Notes: generated by a model from the sequence alone, not told the origin. Shown: positions 38,705 to 51,611, numbered from the stretch's first letter. The stretch is DNA of 64,000 nt from Lama glama (GCA_028534125.1 CM052816.1:72418001-72482000), one strand, 5' to 3'. Numbers and translations: made by a program.

Positions 38705-38825
38705 GGGGACTATTTTTGCCATTTAAAACATGAAAATATGTGATACATAGATCAACCAAGGTAGCAGAAGTAGGGAGTGGTCAAATTAAGACTTGGAACC
38801 AGGCAGTCTTTGCATTTAACCATCT
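38705..38825 (-). mobile_element. MIR fragment
   Basis: tatttttgccatttaaaacatgaaaatatgtgatacataga...gacttggaaccaggcagtct. Confidence 0.5.
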
Positions 38826-39534
38826 TTAGTCTCCTGCTTCCCATCTGAAAACAGTTACTTCTGAAGTACATTCATTTTATAAATAATTTTTTTAAATAAA
38901 TAAATATCTTAGGAAAGAGCCTTGGTGTAGAAATGAACTTTTTAACTTCATACTGTGGGAATTTGTATGATTATCAGTGTTTTGAAAAATTATGTATAAA
39001 GGTGGTAAAAAAAGAAATTTTCAAGTAGAAAAGAAGCATATGATACTGTAGATAATAAAAGCGAGGTCCTCATTTTAGGGATGACTTTAATAGCAGAGAA
39101 GACAGTTTCTACTAAAATAACTCCTTTTTTACAAAATAAAACAGAAACATGAACCCCTTTAGTTCTCTAATCCTGAGTGTTAACTCCTAAACTCTAAACC
39201 TATGATTTAGCAAATCGAAATAGATCTCTTTTGCGTAAACCAAGTTTTGCCCTTGTTAATTGTAATCCTTAAGGTTTATACATAAATTTATAATTTAATT
39301 GAAGGATTTAAAGAACTTTCTTGAGACCATATTTTGATTAAGTAACAGTTCATCGAATTCCAAGGAAATACAATAGTTATACAGCCTGGTACCTGGGAAT
39401 CAAAAAAGCAGGAAGCGGAAGAGGAACATGAGAGTGAAATCTTGAAGACAAACTTCACCTTCCTCAAATTTTACTTTAACAAAGCGTATATCATATTATA
39501 TTTAAGATCTGAGTATTAGTGAATTTGTTACTTA

Positions 39535-39850
39535 ATTTATTTATTAACTCAGTCAGTAAGTGTCTGTTAAATACCAACAATGGGCTTGATACTGTTCCAT
39601 CCCCAGATTAAAATACTGTCCAAGATTTCATGGAGCCATAGTCCACTAGGGGAGACAGTTAATACTTAAATAATAATGTAAGTTAACAAATTTACTGAGG
39701 CTTTGCTGGATTAGTATGGAATTCTAAGATAACATTTTACAAGGGGATTTGATCTAGTCTAGAGACAGTGAGTTGAAACAACTTTGAACCGAAAGCCACA
39801 CAATGTAGATATTAACTAAATTCAATGGAGTTGCATGGGTAAGAGGGCAG
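39535..39850 (-). mobile_element. L2 3' fragment
   Basis: atttattaactcagtcagtaagtgtctgttaaatacc...tcatggagccatagtccactaggggagacag. Confidence 0.6.
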
Positions 39851-40039
39851 GAATGATAGAAATCCACAGAAATTACCAGGACTTTTCTTTATGGTTTATT
39901 TAAATTCTAGAATATTTAAGAATGAGCATAGCCCATTTAAATTTTTCCCTTTTAGAATAATAGTCTTTTGTTGAACTATCCAGATGTAAGATGAAGAGAA
40001 ATTACAGTAATATCTTCTGAGTCTCTCAACATTGTGAGA

Positions 40040-40160
40040 TAAACTTTGTTTATCCACTTTTGTTTATTGCTGTACCCTCATGCCTAGGACAATGTCTGGC
40101 AAAAGAAAAGTACTCAAGAAATATTTATTTATTGAATCAATCAATCAATTAGTCAGTCAA
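40040..40160 (+). mobile_element. L2 3' end
   Basis: tttattgctgtaccctcatgcctaggacaatgtctggca...gtactcaagaaatattt...tgaatcaatcaatcaa. Confidence 0.8.
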
Positions 40161-41265
40161 AAATATCTCAGAAAAACACTTTGAGTTTTCTATGTGACCA
40201 TTTCTCCATTAATTATTATGTACTACATAAACAAATACCAAAATGCTTACTTATCTTTTTCAGCTCCTTGCTGCAATTATCTTCTGAAAACATAACGTTT
40301 CAACTCCCCCACAAAATGTGTGAAAGCTTTGAAAGCAGGTGGACATTGACAATATATTCCCTTGTTTCTTGATGATTTGATTCAATGTGCGAATGATGTG
40401 GTTAATCACGCCAAACTAATTCCTAATGCCTGCCTTTTCTCTGATTTGCATATTGTCCTTTAAACAAGGCCTGGGAATGCACAGTAAAAGTCTGATTGGT
40501 ATAATTATATTGCTTTATATATTCAAATTTTTACTATCTGATTATACTTGCTGCTACTAGAATTTTTAAATAGAAAATGTGTTCTATTGTAAATATTTTT
40601 GAATATATTAGTCATAATATCTTGCTAAATTTCAGAAAGTCAAATCTATGGTCAGTTAATACTATGGATTATGTATTTCTCATAACTCTAAATCTTTGTT
40701 TTGTGTAAGTTCATCTGTTTTTTGAATTCTTGAATACCAGTGCTTATTTATCTTATTTAATTACCTTCTTAAGTTATCTCTGAATAGACACCCAATAATA
40801 TGCTTTTACCATGCAAATGAAAATTTAGTTAAGAATATTTTCAATTCAGTTACCCAAGATGGGCAAATTCTCTTAGTCATCCATAGTCAAAGAAAGAAAT
40901 GGCAATAATTGAATATAGATAAATAGAAGAGTTGAAAATGACAATTATAAATTTGTTTATAATTAATTTTAAAATAAAGATAAGTCATTCTGATAAGAGT
41001 TCTCTTTTCTGGTTACTAAAATTTCCAAAGGAGATACATTAAAATATTAGCATATATATATTTATGATATACATATTTATATGTATGAATATGTCATTTA
41101 TTAATTGGCTGATTATTTTTCACATGGATTGATAAACATCTCTTAGGCTATGCATTTCCACAAATTCAGTACCATAGTTATAGGGTCATTAACATTTGAT
41201 TGTTATTAATAATTCTAAAATATTTATAAAATAAAAATGCTTATACTATGTGTAATGTTTTATAA

Positions 41266-41710
41266 TAGCAGCAGATGCTGTGGTGAACTGACTAGATCTC
41301 CCCTTCAGAACTGAGCACTCAAACCCCTGCTGCTGGGAGAGTTGACTGTTGATGTGTCTGAGCTGAATCCCTTGTTTGGAATTGCACTCAGTCAAAGAGG
41401 GCTGCCTTACTAAAGTCATATCCCCTTCGCAGAGGGCAGCCAGTAACCAAGGATTGCTAGATGCTGGTTGTAGAAGCCCACCCTCCTTGGTTCAAGGTGA
41501 GATACCATGAGATACCATTCCAATTTCAGTGCTCCCTATGAGGTCAACTGAGGCCTCTATTGTGACTGTTAGAGGTCAGTTCCTCCCTCTAGCCAATCCT
41601 GATTTCTTTATTTCCTCACAAATATTGATTCCCAAGTGTGCTCCCCAATTTCTGTCCTGCACGTAAATTTCTGTCTAAGAATGTTTCCTGGGAAATCTGA
41701 TCTTAGACCA
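41266..41710 (+). mobile_element. LTR16-family (LTR16C-like) 5' LTR
   Basis: gcagatgctgtggtg...ccccttcagaactgag...cctgctgctgggag start. End gtttcctgggaaatctgatcttagacca. Confidence 0.8.
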
Positions 41711-42330
41711 TTGGTGCCAGGTGTGGTCTAGGGAATCTGATTATAAAAGAGATTTTGAAGTTAGACCACTAGCCAGCTGCTGACTTTGAGAGCCCCGTCA
41801 CTAATGACGGGGAAAAGTGATACCTCTGGCATGCTATCAAGACGCAGTAATGACATTCACTGGGATGGAATGTCAGAGGATGCGAATGCAGTTGTTGGCA
41901 CAATATCTCAAGTTTTTGAGATATTCAGAATATGCAGAATTTATAAGGACAAGGAAATTGAATGGCTCTTGCTGAGTGCCAGTTATGCACTGGAAGAAGA
42001 CAATGAAAATCTGAGGCAAAGTATGAATGTGGAAAGGCTTCCTCAATAGCATTTAAAGCAACTGTGATTTCCTACAGCTGAAAGGCAAAAATCCTCAAAA
42101 TCATGCCTAGGACTTAATTCTAAGGGTTTATCTGTTTATCCCTGGAAAGTCTACCACATCAAGGACAGGTCCCTGATTGGCAAGTGCACAACTTAAGAGG
42201 GAATTCCTCCTTAATATGTATGTTTTAGCTCCTTCCTGACCTCACCTTGCACTTGGCCCTGACTCTGAAAAGGAGAATCCAGCTGGCTAGTGCTGATGCT
42301 TCTGGGTGGTAGCACAGTGAAACTAGTTCT
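41711..42330 (+). mobile_element. ERVL-class internal region: Leu-tRNA-like PBS plus decayed gag
   Basis: TGGTGCCAGGTGTGG at 41712-41726 immediately after the LTR. ORF 41786-42049 YKDKEIEWLLLSASYALEEDNENLRQ resembles the ERVL gag N-terminal W-L-L-L-S segment. Confidence 0.75.
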
Positions 42331-42379
42331 GAAGTGTTGAAAATAATGCAAAATAAATTCACCTGCTGTTACAGTAAGG

Positions 42380-42645
42380 AACTGCTTCTGCCAAAATGAA
42401 GAATTATAGACCAAAAAAAAAAAAAGAAGTAGACAGCCACAATAACATATAGGAAGTGCAAGTCATTTCTTCTTCCTCCAGCCTTACAGTCTCTGTCTAG
42501 TGACACATATTGGCAGATCCTATAGAGAATCAGCAGGTGAAGCAGAAATGTAGTTTGCAGAGTCCCAGCACCGACATACTTTGAACCTACAAAGTTGAAT
42601 ACAGGAGGGTAAAGCTGACAGATAATCATGTAGTAGTAACTGTTG
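42380..42645 (-). mobile_element. LTR33-like ERVL LTR fragment
   Basis: cctccagccttacagtctctgtctagtg...tattggcagatcct...aagcagaaatgtagtttgcagagtcccagc. Confidence 0.7.
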
Positions 42646-42649
42646 TGGT

Positions 42650-43480
42650 GGATTGACAGGAAGTAAAGCCTAACTGCAGTGGGTAACAGAGACAATTGAA
42701 GTAGAAGATTTTGAGGCAGTGAGTATATAAATATCTTCAGGTTTCTATCACGTGATACACAAAAACAGGTCGTTAGCTAGGAAGGAATGAGAAATTTAAA
42801 AACTTATTTTTATTTTTGTAAATAGAAGAATGTCTATGTGCTGATAGGAATGATTGAATAAGAGGGGAAAAAAAGGAATCTTCCAATGTGGACAAAGGGA
42901 AAATCACTAGAGTAATGTTCTTGAGTTGGTGAGATGGGATAGTGGAGGGTTTGGCCTTGGATAGAGGCACAGAGAGTTTGTACATATTAGTAATGATGGC
43001 AGAACTCATCAGAACTGATGAACTTAGTTTTATAGGTGTGGTAGATGGAATATGTGAATGTTGTTCTCACTACTTATTCTTGGTGATGTAGCAAGCAAGG
43101 TGACCAACTGAGAGGGAAGAGAGGTGGGAGAGGAGGTTGAGGTGTTTTTAAATATTTGTTTGAAAGAGTGGTAGAAGAAAATGACCAAAGAAAGGATCAC
43201 TTCAGTTTAGTGGTCATGAATTTAAAGTGAAGTGTGTCAGCATGACTGTGTGTTTTCTCCAACTATATTCAACTGTGAAGAGAGAGGTATGAAGTAGGTT
43301 GACATTTGTATAATGCTAAGATTGGGGTTTGACGGGACAGAGAGACAAGAGAATAGTTTTAATAATATATTGTTGAATGAAAGAAAACTAAAGTGCAAGT
43401 AAGAATAAGAAATTTGAGAGACACAATGGAAAGATGTTAGGGTGAAAGGATAGTGAGTTGTATCAAATGAGCAACAAATA
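42650..43480 (-). mobile_element. L2 fragment
   Basis: Purine-rich strand with gtgctgataggaatgatt; gagggtttggccttggatagagg; tttagtggtcatgaatttaaagtga. Confidence 0.6.
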
Positions 43481-44020
43481 GAGAAAGAGAGTGTGCTGAA
43501 TTCTTACTGATTAATTTTGATCTTCCTTCGAATCTATTTTGGAAGATAAAAGTTAATCCATAAGCAAGCAAGCAGGCGCACATTATGTACACAATTCACT
43601 AGTGTCAAAGTGGTTTTTGAAGTGAAGGTAGACTTTATCTTTACCAGTAACTTTTTGTAGTATTAGGTGGAAAGCAAAGTGGTTCGATATAAAACACTGA
43701 ATATTATGAGATTCAAAATAATATGACACTGAGGATTTGTCACAGGTCTATTACATTGTATTTTGTATAATAGGAACTGTAGAAAAACTGAGGCCCTGAC
43801 TAGCTTCTCTGAGAGAATTTAACTGAAAAAGTAGGAAATATTACGCCTCTGTTACTTAAGAACTAAAACCACCATACATTCTTGCACCTATGCTATACAA
43901 TTCTGGCAAGGAGCATGCTTTTCTCTTTCTGTGCTAAATAACACAAGGACTGGGAAAAAATTAATTGAGCTACTTGTCTCGAAGAAATATTTGCTTCTGG
44001 AAGATAAGAACAACTAACTT

Positions 44021-44683
44021 TGGTTGGCAGAATTCTAAAATGATCCACAATGATCTATGTCATTGCATAGTCCTCTACTTTTACTGTGGTGTTATTTATA
44101 AATTGCTTCTAAGCAATAGAATATGGCAAAGCGATGGCATATTACTCTTGTAGTTGTGATACGTTATATGGCAAAATGTGAAGTATTTTATAAATGTAAT
44201 GAAAGTCCTGAATTAGTTGACTTTGAGATAATTAAAAAAGAGGTTTTCCTGGGCCTTACCAGGTGAGCTCTTTAAAAGAGGCACTGGGACCTTCCTGAGG
44301 TCAGAGAGACTCTCCTGCTGTCTTTGAAAAAGTAAGCTACCATTTCCAGAGATGGCCTGTAAGAAGGCCTCATGGCAAGGGACTGTGAAGACCTCTAGGA
44401 GCTGAGAGCAGTCCCAGCCAACAGGCGACAGGAAAGCAGGAAACTTAGTCCTACAACCACAAGGAAGTGAATTCTGCCAAGAACCTTGTATTCTTGGAAG
44501 AGGATGACCAGCACGAAAAAGGAATTCAGTCTGGCTGACTTCTAGATTGCAGACTTAGGAGACCTTGGGCAGAAAACCCAACTAAGCTGTTCTTTGAACC
44601 AAGGAAATTGTGAAATTAAAAAATGTTGTTTTAAGCCACCAAGATTGTGGTGATTTATTATGCAACAGTAGAAAACGAATACA
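44021..44683 (+). mobile_element. MLT1 (MaLR) solo LTR, MLT1E/F-like
   Basis: tggttggcagaattctaaaatga start; ttgcttctaagcaatagaatatggcaaa; end ttgttttaagccaccaagattgtggtgatttattatgcaacagtagaaaacgaataca. Confidence 0.9.
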
Positions 44684-44861
44684 CTAAATATCAGCATACT
44701 TATCAAATATCAGACTTTTCTCATTACTACTTGCATTGCTGCTCATAACTCCAAAGCTATAGTATCATAAGCTCTGCCCAAAACAACCAGTACCCTACCT
44801 TGCAAGACCTGCCTTGAAAACACTTAGCCTAGACCCTAAATCTCCATAAGTAGCTTGTTGA

Positions 44862-44957
44862 GGGTAGAGAGTACAGCTCAGTGGTAGAATGCGTGCTTGG
44901 TGTGCATAAGATCCTGGGTTCAATCCCCAGTGCCTCTGTTAAGGGAGAAAAAAATAA
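44862..44957 (+). mobile_element. tRNA-Ala-derived camelid SINE (vic-1 type)
   Basis: A box cagctcagtggtaga, B box gggttcaatccc, tRNA-Ala(AGC)-like body, A-rich tail, no CCA-ready acceptor stem. Confidence 0.85.
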
Positions 44958-45983
44958 CACTGTCAAGCTGGTGTTCTTTCTTATGCAGTAGGTTTCATAA
45001 ATTGAGTTTTTCTTGAGCATCAGGATTTCTGGTGGTCTTCTGGAGAGTCAACATTAATTCAGTCTCTGTTACTGTAAATAATGTCAATTAACAAAATAAT
45101 TAGATGATCTAAATAAAAGAAAGAAAAGGAATTTAAATGTGTATTAAAGTAATAAATATGTATATACACAAATATAAAGTGAATTAAACATATGTCTTGC
45201 TTTTTTTTTCTATGTATTTTTAGAATGTCTCAAGTACTGACTCACTGTAGGTAGATAATAAAGAGCTGCAGTCTGAAAATGTGTTATGAGTAACCCCCTC
45301 ATGTTCACTTCCATGGGGCTAATTTATTGAATAAGGATTCATTTTCCACAGGCATCAAAATAGAAAGTGTTCCAAGCTGCCTATGTATTCCCAATTGGTT
45401 TTTGGGACAGAATGAAATTCCCACTTGTCTCAAAAGAACTCAGTGTCTCAATGTACAGAAATAAAGTATTTACCTTGTCCTCTTTCCAAGGATGCAGGTC
45501 TAAAATTAGAAAAACAGTCAGATAAGTAAAACATATCTGAATTAAAATTGTTGCGATTGTTATTTCATAAATTCCTTCAGAGACAAAAATGGAAAGCATT
45601 ATTTTTAAGGTTTAGATACACAACCAATGAAAAATTGATTTTAGACATTTACAAACAACTCAGCATTATATCAGTATAGTCCTATCCAAACAGGTAGATG
45701 TGGATTAAGATGAACCCAAATCACTTCAGTCTTAATTCACTTCACTAGTCCACAGTAGGTGGCATCTACTTACTAAGTGATACTTCACAGCATGTGTCTA
45801 TTTCCTTTCTAATAGACAGTAGACTTTTTTTTTTAACTAATACACAGATTCAGAGGGTATACTTCTATTTACAGAAACTATGTTAATTAAATAAATACAT
45901 CAGTGTGTCATTTTCAGAAACAACTAATATTTCTTGATTGCCTACTCTGTGGATCAGCCTATATTAAGTACGATGGTATACAT

Positions 45984-47299
45984 CAAGGATCAGCAAACTA
46001 TGGCCGGTGCAGCCCATGACTTACTTTTCTATAATCCATGAGCTAAGAATATTTTAACATTTTTAAATGGTTGAATAATAATAACAACAGTGACATTTGA
46101 CACATGAAAATTATATGAAATTCATCTTTAAGTGTTCACAAATAAATTCACTGGGATCACATCAACATTAATTTATTGACGTATTGTCTATGGCTATCTT
46201 CATGCTACAGTGGCAGAGCTGAGTAACTGGAACAGAGACCATACGTAGTGGTCTGCTCATCAGTGTTCACTGCTGCTCAGTTCACTACAAAATCACAGGG
46301 ACATATTTATAACTCAGTGATGTTTTAAGCTCAATATTTTTTAGTGTTATATATGTATGTGTGTATTACCAGTGCACATCTGTTATGTCAAAGCAAGGAA
46401 AGAGACTTTGAATGTTATTCTTTTGAGACAGAGTCGGTTGTATGTTATTTTGTTATCAAATTTTGTGGCAAAGCATCGTGTTTATTAAGCAGTGACACTA
46501 TATCTGCGTTAAAAGAACATTATTAGACTAAGAACCTATCATAATATTCCAAGTTCATACGTAAGCAATGATCAAAAAATTAGAAAGTTAAAAATGAGTT
46601 ACCAGGACAGAATTTTTTCCAAGAAAGAAAAGAGAAATGAAAATGACATTACAACCAAAGTTTCCAAGCATCTCCTTTGCTAATCAACCCAGGAAAGTCA
46701 TACCAATAGTGAGTTAATTAAATCGTATTTGATTGCAGGAGCTAAAGGAATTTATTCATAGGAAAAAAACTTGTTTAAGTCTATTACCCTTTAAGAAGGA
46801 TAGCTGTAGGAATTGTTGAGAACATTGAGAAGAACATCAAAAGGAAAACAAGGCAGATTATTTTGAGTAATTGTACTTGGTTCATGATGAGTTCCCCAAT
46901 GTTACCAACACTGTCAGTTTTTGTTTTTTTTTTTAAGAATGCAATGCTGAGATTCATGGGACTGAAGCATTAGCCTCTATGAATAGTCTGTGAGAGTATT
47001 TTCAAAGTTTAGAAAACTCTAATTCAGTACGTACTTAAGTAGAATCCACTAAGATTTTTGACACTATGAGTGTTAAAAATATATGTGAAGCAGAAAAGGA
47101 AATAGTTGAACAAACTTACAAAGCTTGTGAAAGTTATAACGAGTGTAAAACCTATGATTTATCTATTGTATTATTAATAGGTGTTATGGAAAAGATTTCA
47201 ATGTGTCACGTGCTGTTGAACCAGTAGTGCCAGTGATGAATTTCATTTGCTTTTGTGGACTTGCTTTACCAAGGAGCAGCTTGATGGCTTAGCAGTGCT

Positions 47300-47335
<36 letters not shown>

Positions 47336-48298
47336 TGTTGTTGTTTGTTTTGGGGGCTTTTGTGTGTGTGTATGTGGGATGCTGAGGGGTGAGATGGAAG
47401 TTTCCTGAGGGAGAAGAACCATCCTCAAATACGATTATCAAACACTAAATGGCTTTGGAAGCTAGTTTTTGCTTCAGACTTGATAATATTTCTTAATGAA
47501 TTCAACAAAAATTACAAGACAAAACAGTGCTTATTTGTGGAATTCACGCTACAGTAAATTCATTTTGACAACTAATATTTTTGAATTCCAAGTACTGTCA
47601 TGCTGCTTTATACACTTCCTGTGCTGTCAAAAGTTAAAACTAGAAGTAAGATCTCCATTCCCACACAAATCATAGTGAATGTGTTTGCTCAAACCACAGT
47701 TACATTAACATTTTTTAAACTTCAACACAAGTGCAAAAGAAATTTATGTATTTCAACATCTGTTTAACTTTCCAGCTGAGGAGCATCTAGTTAGAGGGAC
47801 TAATCTACAATGCAATGACATGCTAAAAGGCAGCTATCAAGAGAAGAGCCTAACAGAATTCTATAAATGCCCTCCAAGTAATGAATATACGTAATTCAAA
47901 TCACATGCTTGTGGATTGATAAGAGTATCATCAGCATTTAGCAATATCTACCTATGTGAAAAGATATTCTTAAAGATGAAATGTATAAAATATTATTACA
48001 AATCAGCATTAATAGATAAATATTTGTTATCAATTTTGATGATAGGAAACATTAATTTTAAACCCCAAGTAAACAAAATCTTATCCTCCCTCACAAATAA
48101 TGATATTATTCTCATTAATAGATCTGTGTTACAAAACATTTGTACTCAATTATTGCTATCATATTTAAATTTCATCCAACATTTTGGAAAATTTTTCTGT
48201 TCTATGACTACCTATGTAATATCCTAGATTTTGACTCTCGGTCCACAAAACCTCAAATTTTTACTGTTTGGCTCTTTAAAGAACTTGTCTGACCTCTG
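45984..48298 (+). mobile_element. Near full-length Cheshire-like hAT-Charlie transposon (MER58 parent) with decayed transposase
   Basis: MER58-type left end CAAGGATCAGCAAACTATGGCC and right end ccacaaaacctcaaatttttactgtttggctcttta...TCTGACCTCTG. ORF 47916-48227 SAFSNIYLCEKIFLKMK...YKSALIDKYLLSILMI resembles the hAT C-terminal dimerisation domain. Confidence 0.85.
47299..47351. repeat. (TTG)n microsatellite inside the transposon
   Basis: About 11 perfect TTG units plus a degenerate extension. Confidence 0.95.
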
Positions 48299-48379
48299 AT
48301 AGTTGAAAAACCAGAGAACTTAAACATAAAAGAATAAGGAACAATTTAAGTTTTTTAATGTGTCAAATGAGAGACATTG

Positions 48380-48661
48380 ATAATAAAGAATGTTGGGACA
48401 AATGGAATAAGACCTCTCAGGGAAAATGGGATTCAAGCTGTGCTTTAGGGGTTGGCTAGGAAGGAGGTAGGTGGAGAAAGCATGAAAGAAGTTGCTTTAT
48501 GCAGGGGACATGACATACACAAAAGACAAAAAGGCAGAGGTCTAAACGTTATATTTAAGAAACAATGAGTTGGTCTGTTTGACCGGATAAGAAACTTCAC
48601 TTAGGAGGGTGTAAGATTGAAGGGAGGATAGATAAGTTTGTCAAGGCTCCTGAATGCTAAG
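48380..48661 (-). mobile_element. L2 fragment (resumes briefly after the MLT1 LTR)
   Basis: gacctctcagggaaaatgggattcaagctg...gcaggggacatgacatacacaaaagac...aaggctcctgaatgctaag. Confidence 0.6.
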
Positions 48662-49048
48662 TGTTATGGACTGAATGTCCACTCCATCCCTAGCCCAAAT
48701 TCATATTTGGACACTCTACCCTCCCAATGTGATTGTATAAGGAGGTGGGCTCTTTGAGAGATAATTAGGATTAGCTGAGATTATGGAAGTGGCTCCCTCA
48801 TGAGTGGGGATAGTGAGTGCCCTACAGGAATCATGAGAGAGTGCTTCTCTCTACTCTCTGCCATGTCAAGATGCAAGGAAAAGTGGGCAGCCTGCAACCC
48901 AGAAGAGGGCCCTTACCAGAACTCAACAAGGGTGCACCCTGATATTGGACTTCCAGCCTGCAGAACTGTGAGAAATAACATTTCTGTTGTTTATAAACCA
49001 CCCAGTCTATGCTGTTTTTATTATCACAGCCCAAAGCTGACTAAAACA
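48662..49048 (+). mobile_element. MLT1A/MST-type MaLR solo LTR
   Basis: TGTTATGGACTGAATG...caaattcatat start; ggacttccagcctgcagaactgtgagaaataa...ataaaccacccagtctatg...gactaaaaCA end. Confidence 0.92.
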
Positions 49049-51053
49049 GCAGGATAAAGAACATAGACTTATTTTGTGGCACTTCAGAGATTTGTGATAC
49101 TGAAGGAACTACTCTTATATGCAAATTTCTGTTTATCCTTCACAACTATAAATATCATCTTCTCCTTGATGTTTTCCTTAACTCCTTCAAACAGAATAGA
49201 GAATACAAAAAAGATTCATTAACAACAGAAACAAGAGTTGGATTGCTGCATGACAGAAAGAACACAATTAAAGAATATTTGACATTAGTTCATTCCAGTG
49301 TTGTATGGTTCAAGGCAGCTGTGACTTTGTGAGCTCTAGATTGTAGTATCTTAAGTCAAGAAAATTACACACTCTGTGGTTTCAGAGAAAGAAGTGAAAC
49401 ATTTGACTTAAAAAGAAATTTAGTTTGGTATCAGATAGATGCCATACATGCTGCACCAGGGATGTCACTGACCAAAATAATGTAATTTATTTTTAACCAG
49501 ATTACTTTTTATTGATTTCTGAATACAATTAAGGCTTAATCCAAGTCCAAGCTTTTGTCCTCATATTGTGGTAGAAAATAATTTTGAAAAAGAAAAGAGG
49601 AGGGTTGGAAGGAGAAGGATTAATAACCTTATTTGCTTTCTAATGCCAGACTTGTAATATTATCTCAGGGTGGGCTGGAGATTCCCTGCTGAGTAGCTAA
49701 TCCCTACCCCAACTGTCTTTATCTTAGAGAGAAGGTTTGTCAAAAGCAATTTGTAAATTGCAACAGCTGTGTCCTAATCTGTGAACAAATAGATATAATA
49801 TATCCCATCTAATTATTAATTAAAATGACTGGATTCATCACAACCTTAACCTGGAAGAAAAGATATCTAGTTTATATAGAACTTTACTAAAAACTAACTG
49901 AATCTTAAATTTTGCCTGTATTCATTTGTTTAAAAGCACTGTAAAAACATTACCTCTCGTTATTGAACATAACATTTGCTTTTAAATAAACCTATATTAT
50001 TATATCTTGGATTTATAATGCAAATGAGTATGTAAAAGTTGGATCTGGGGTTAAAAGCATTTTGCTACCTCTCTCAATGAAAAAATATTTTTAATAGAGA
50101 AAGGAAATGAGAAAATATTATTCCATTAATGTTACATGTCTTGATAATATTTGACTGTCTGTGGCTCAGGGTTCTACTGCCAGGCTTGTTCAGATCCATG
50201 AGAGCTGACACAGTGTAATATGAGAAGTTCTTACATCTTACCTTGTGTAGGACTATTTTATTCATGCAAAGTTATCTAGTGTACAGTTTAAATGTAAATG
50301 ATTTATTATATTACTATTTCCCTTTTCCTATGAGGGTGTTGAGTAGAAGGCTAAGTTTACCAGTGATTTTTTTACTAAGGCTGAGGAAAGATGATCTGTA
50401 TCCTGGAGGCATGGTTACTATGAAAATTAAGAAAGCCCATCCAGGTTTGTGAGTTGAGTCAGTAGAAACTAGTAAGGTATAATGAATATAAAACAATAGA
50501 ATTCAGACTGTCTTTGAGAAAAGAATTATGGAGGCAGAAAATTGGGGACCAGATAGCCAAGTTTTAAGAGAGGCTTGTTGATCTTAGGCAAGTAAATTCT
50601 TGAAACTCCAGATGTTCCTGAGACTACCTTCTACACTTATTCTCCAGTCATACATGATTCTTGGGTCAGGGAGAGGAAGCTCATATCTGAATAAAGTTTC
50701 AGTATCTGAGATAAATGAAGTAAATAAAAATGAAGTAGATAGGTTATTTGGTGAAAGGAAAAAAGGAACAGAAACAGCCTATAATGTATGTAGGTAAGCT
50801 TTGTGTATTACTTCAGGAGATTCATAACATTTACCCATAAACACATATACACACACAAATTTTCTGTGATCAGATAATACTCTCCAAATTTATTCGATCA
50901 TATAAACTTTTTTCCAGTGGAATGTTTTGTGTGTGGACGACATTTTATGAAATAAACCTTGAAATTTAGGCACCAGATTTCACTTTGTGATGACAAAAAA
51001 ATCCTTGAGATAACAATTCCGACTTTGTATCTCCATATGCCCAATGCCTGGCG

Positions 51054-51091
51054 GTGGTCAGTAATGTTTGTTGTGGTCAGTAATGTTTGTT
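51054..51091. repeat. Perfect 19-bp tandem duplication
   Basis: GTGGTCAGTAATGTTTGTT twice. Confidence 0.95.
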
Positions 51092-51134
51092 GGCCCTCAT
51101 TGCTTGACTCAATAAACTAGCTAAGCCTGTACTA

Positions 51135-51230
51135 ATTTACCTTTATAAGTGAGAAAGCTTAAGGAGAAAAAAGTTGTAAGTTATGTGCCCAAGGATAAGG
51201 GACTTAAATGTGGATCTATTTGACTCCAAC
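51135..51230 (-). mobile_element. MIR fragment
   Basis: tttataagtgagaaagcttaagg...gcccaagg...gggacttaaatgtggatctatttgactccaa. Confidence 0.5.
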
Positions 51231-51611
51231 CAGGAGACACCATCTGTGTAGATTATAATGTGCCTGACACCTCGGGCACAGCTCCAAGAAACGTCATGCC
51301 AGTGATAGGCCCCCTGACTCATGTCATGTGTCCTTGCAAAAGCTGCGTACTTTCCATTCTTGTTGGGCAAGAGTGCCCGCACCTCTTTGTCCTCTTCTAA
51401 CTGCCCGTCTCTAGCATAAGTCCAGAAGTCTAAGGGAATTTCTGTGGATGTTGGTCCTGGTTTGGGCAACCATGAAGGATTTGGTCCTGGACAATGGAAC
51501 TTTGAAAAGGTGCAGTCATTTCTAGGACACTGTAGGATTTCTATTCAATTTGCATTGTCTCTAAGGAGCATAGGAATATGGCTTAGTTGTTACCTTTTTG
51601 TCTCTCCCAGA

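Noticed and set aside
42488..42520. CTCF site in the LTR33-like fragment
   Set aside because: The GC-rich core expected in LTR33 has decayed to GTGACACATA.
47243..47428. Polyglutamine protein
   Set aside because: It is only the translation of the (TTG)n microsatellite on the antisense strand of a transposon.
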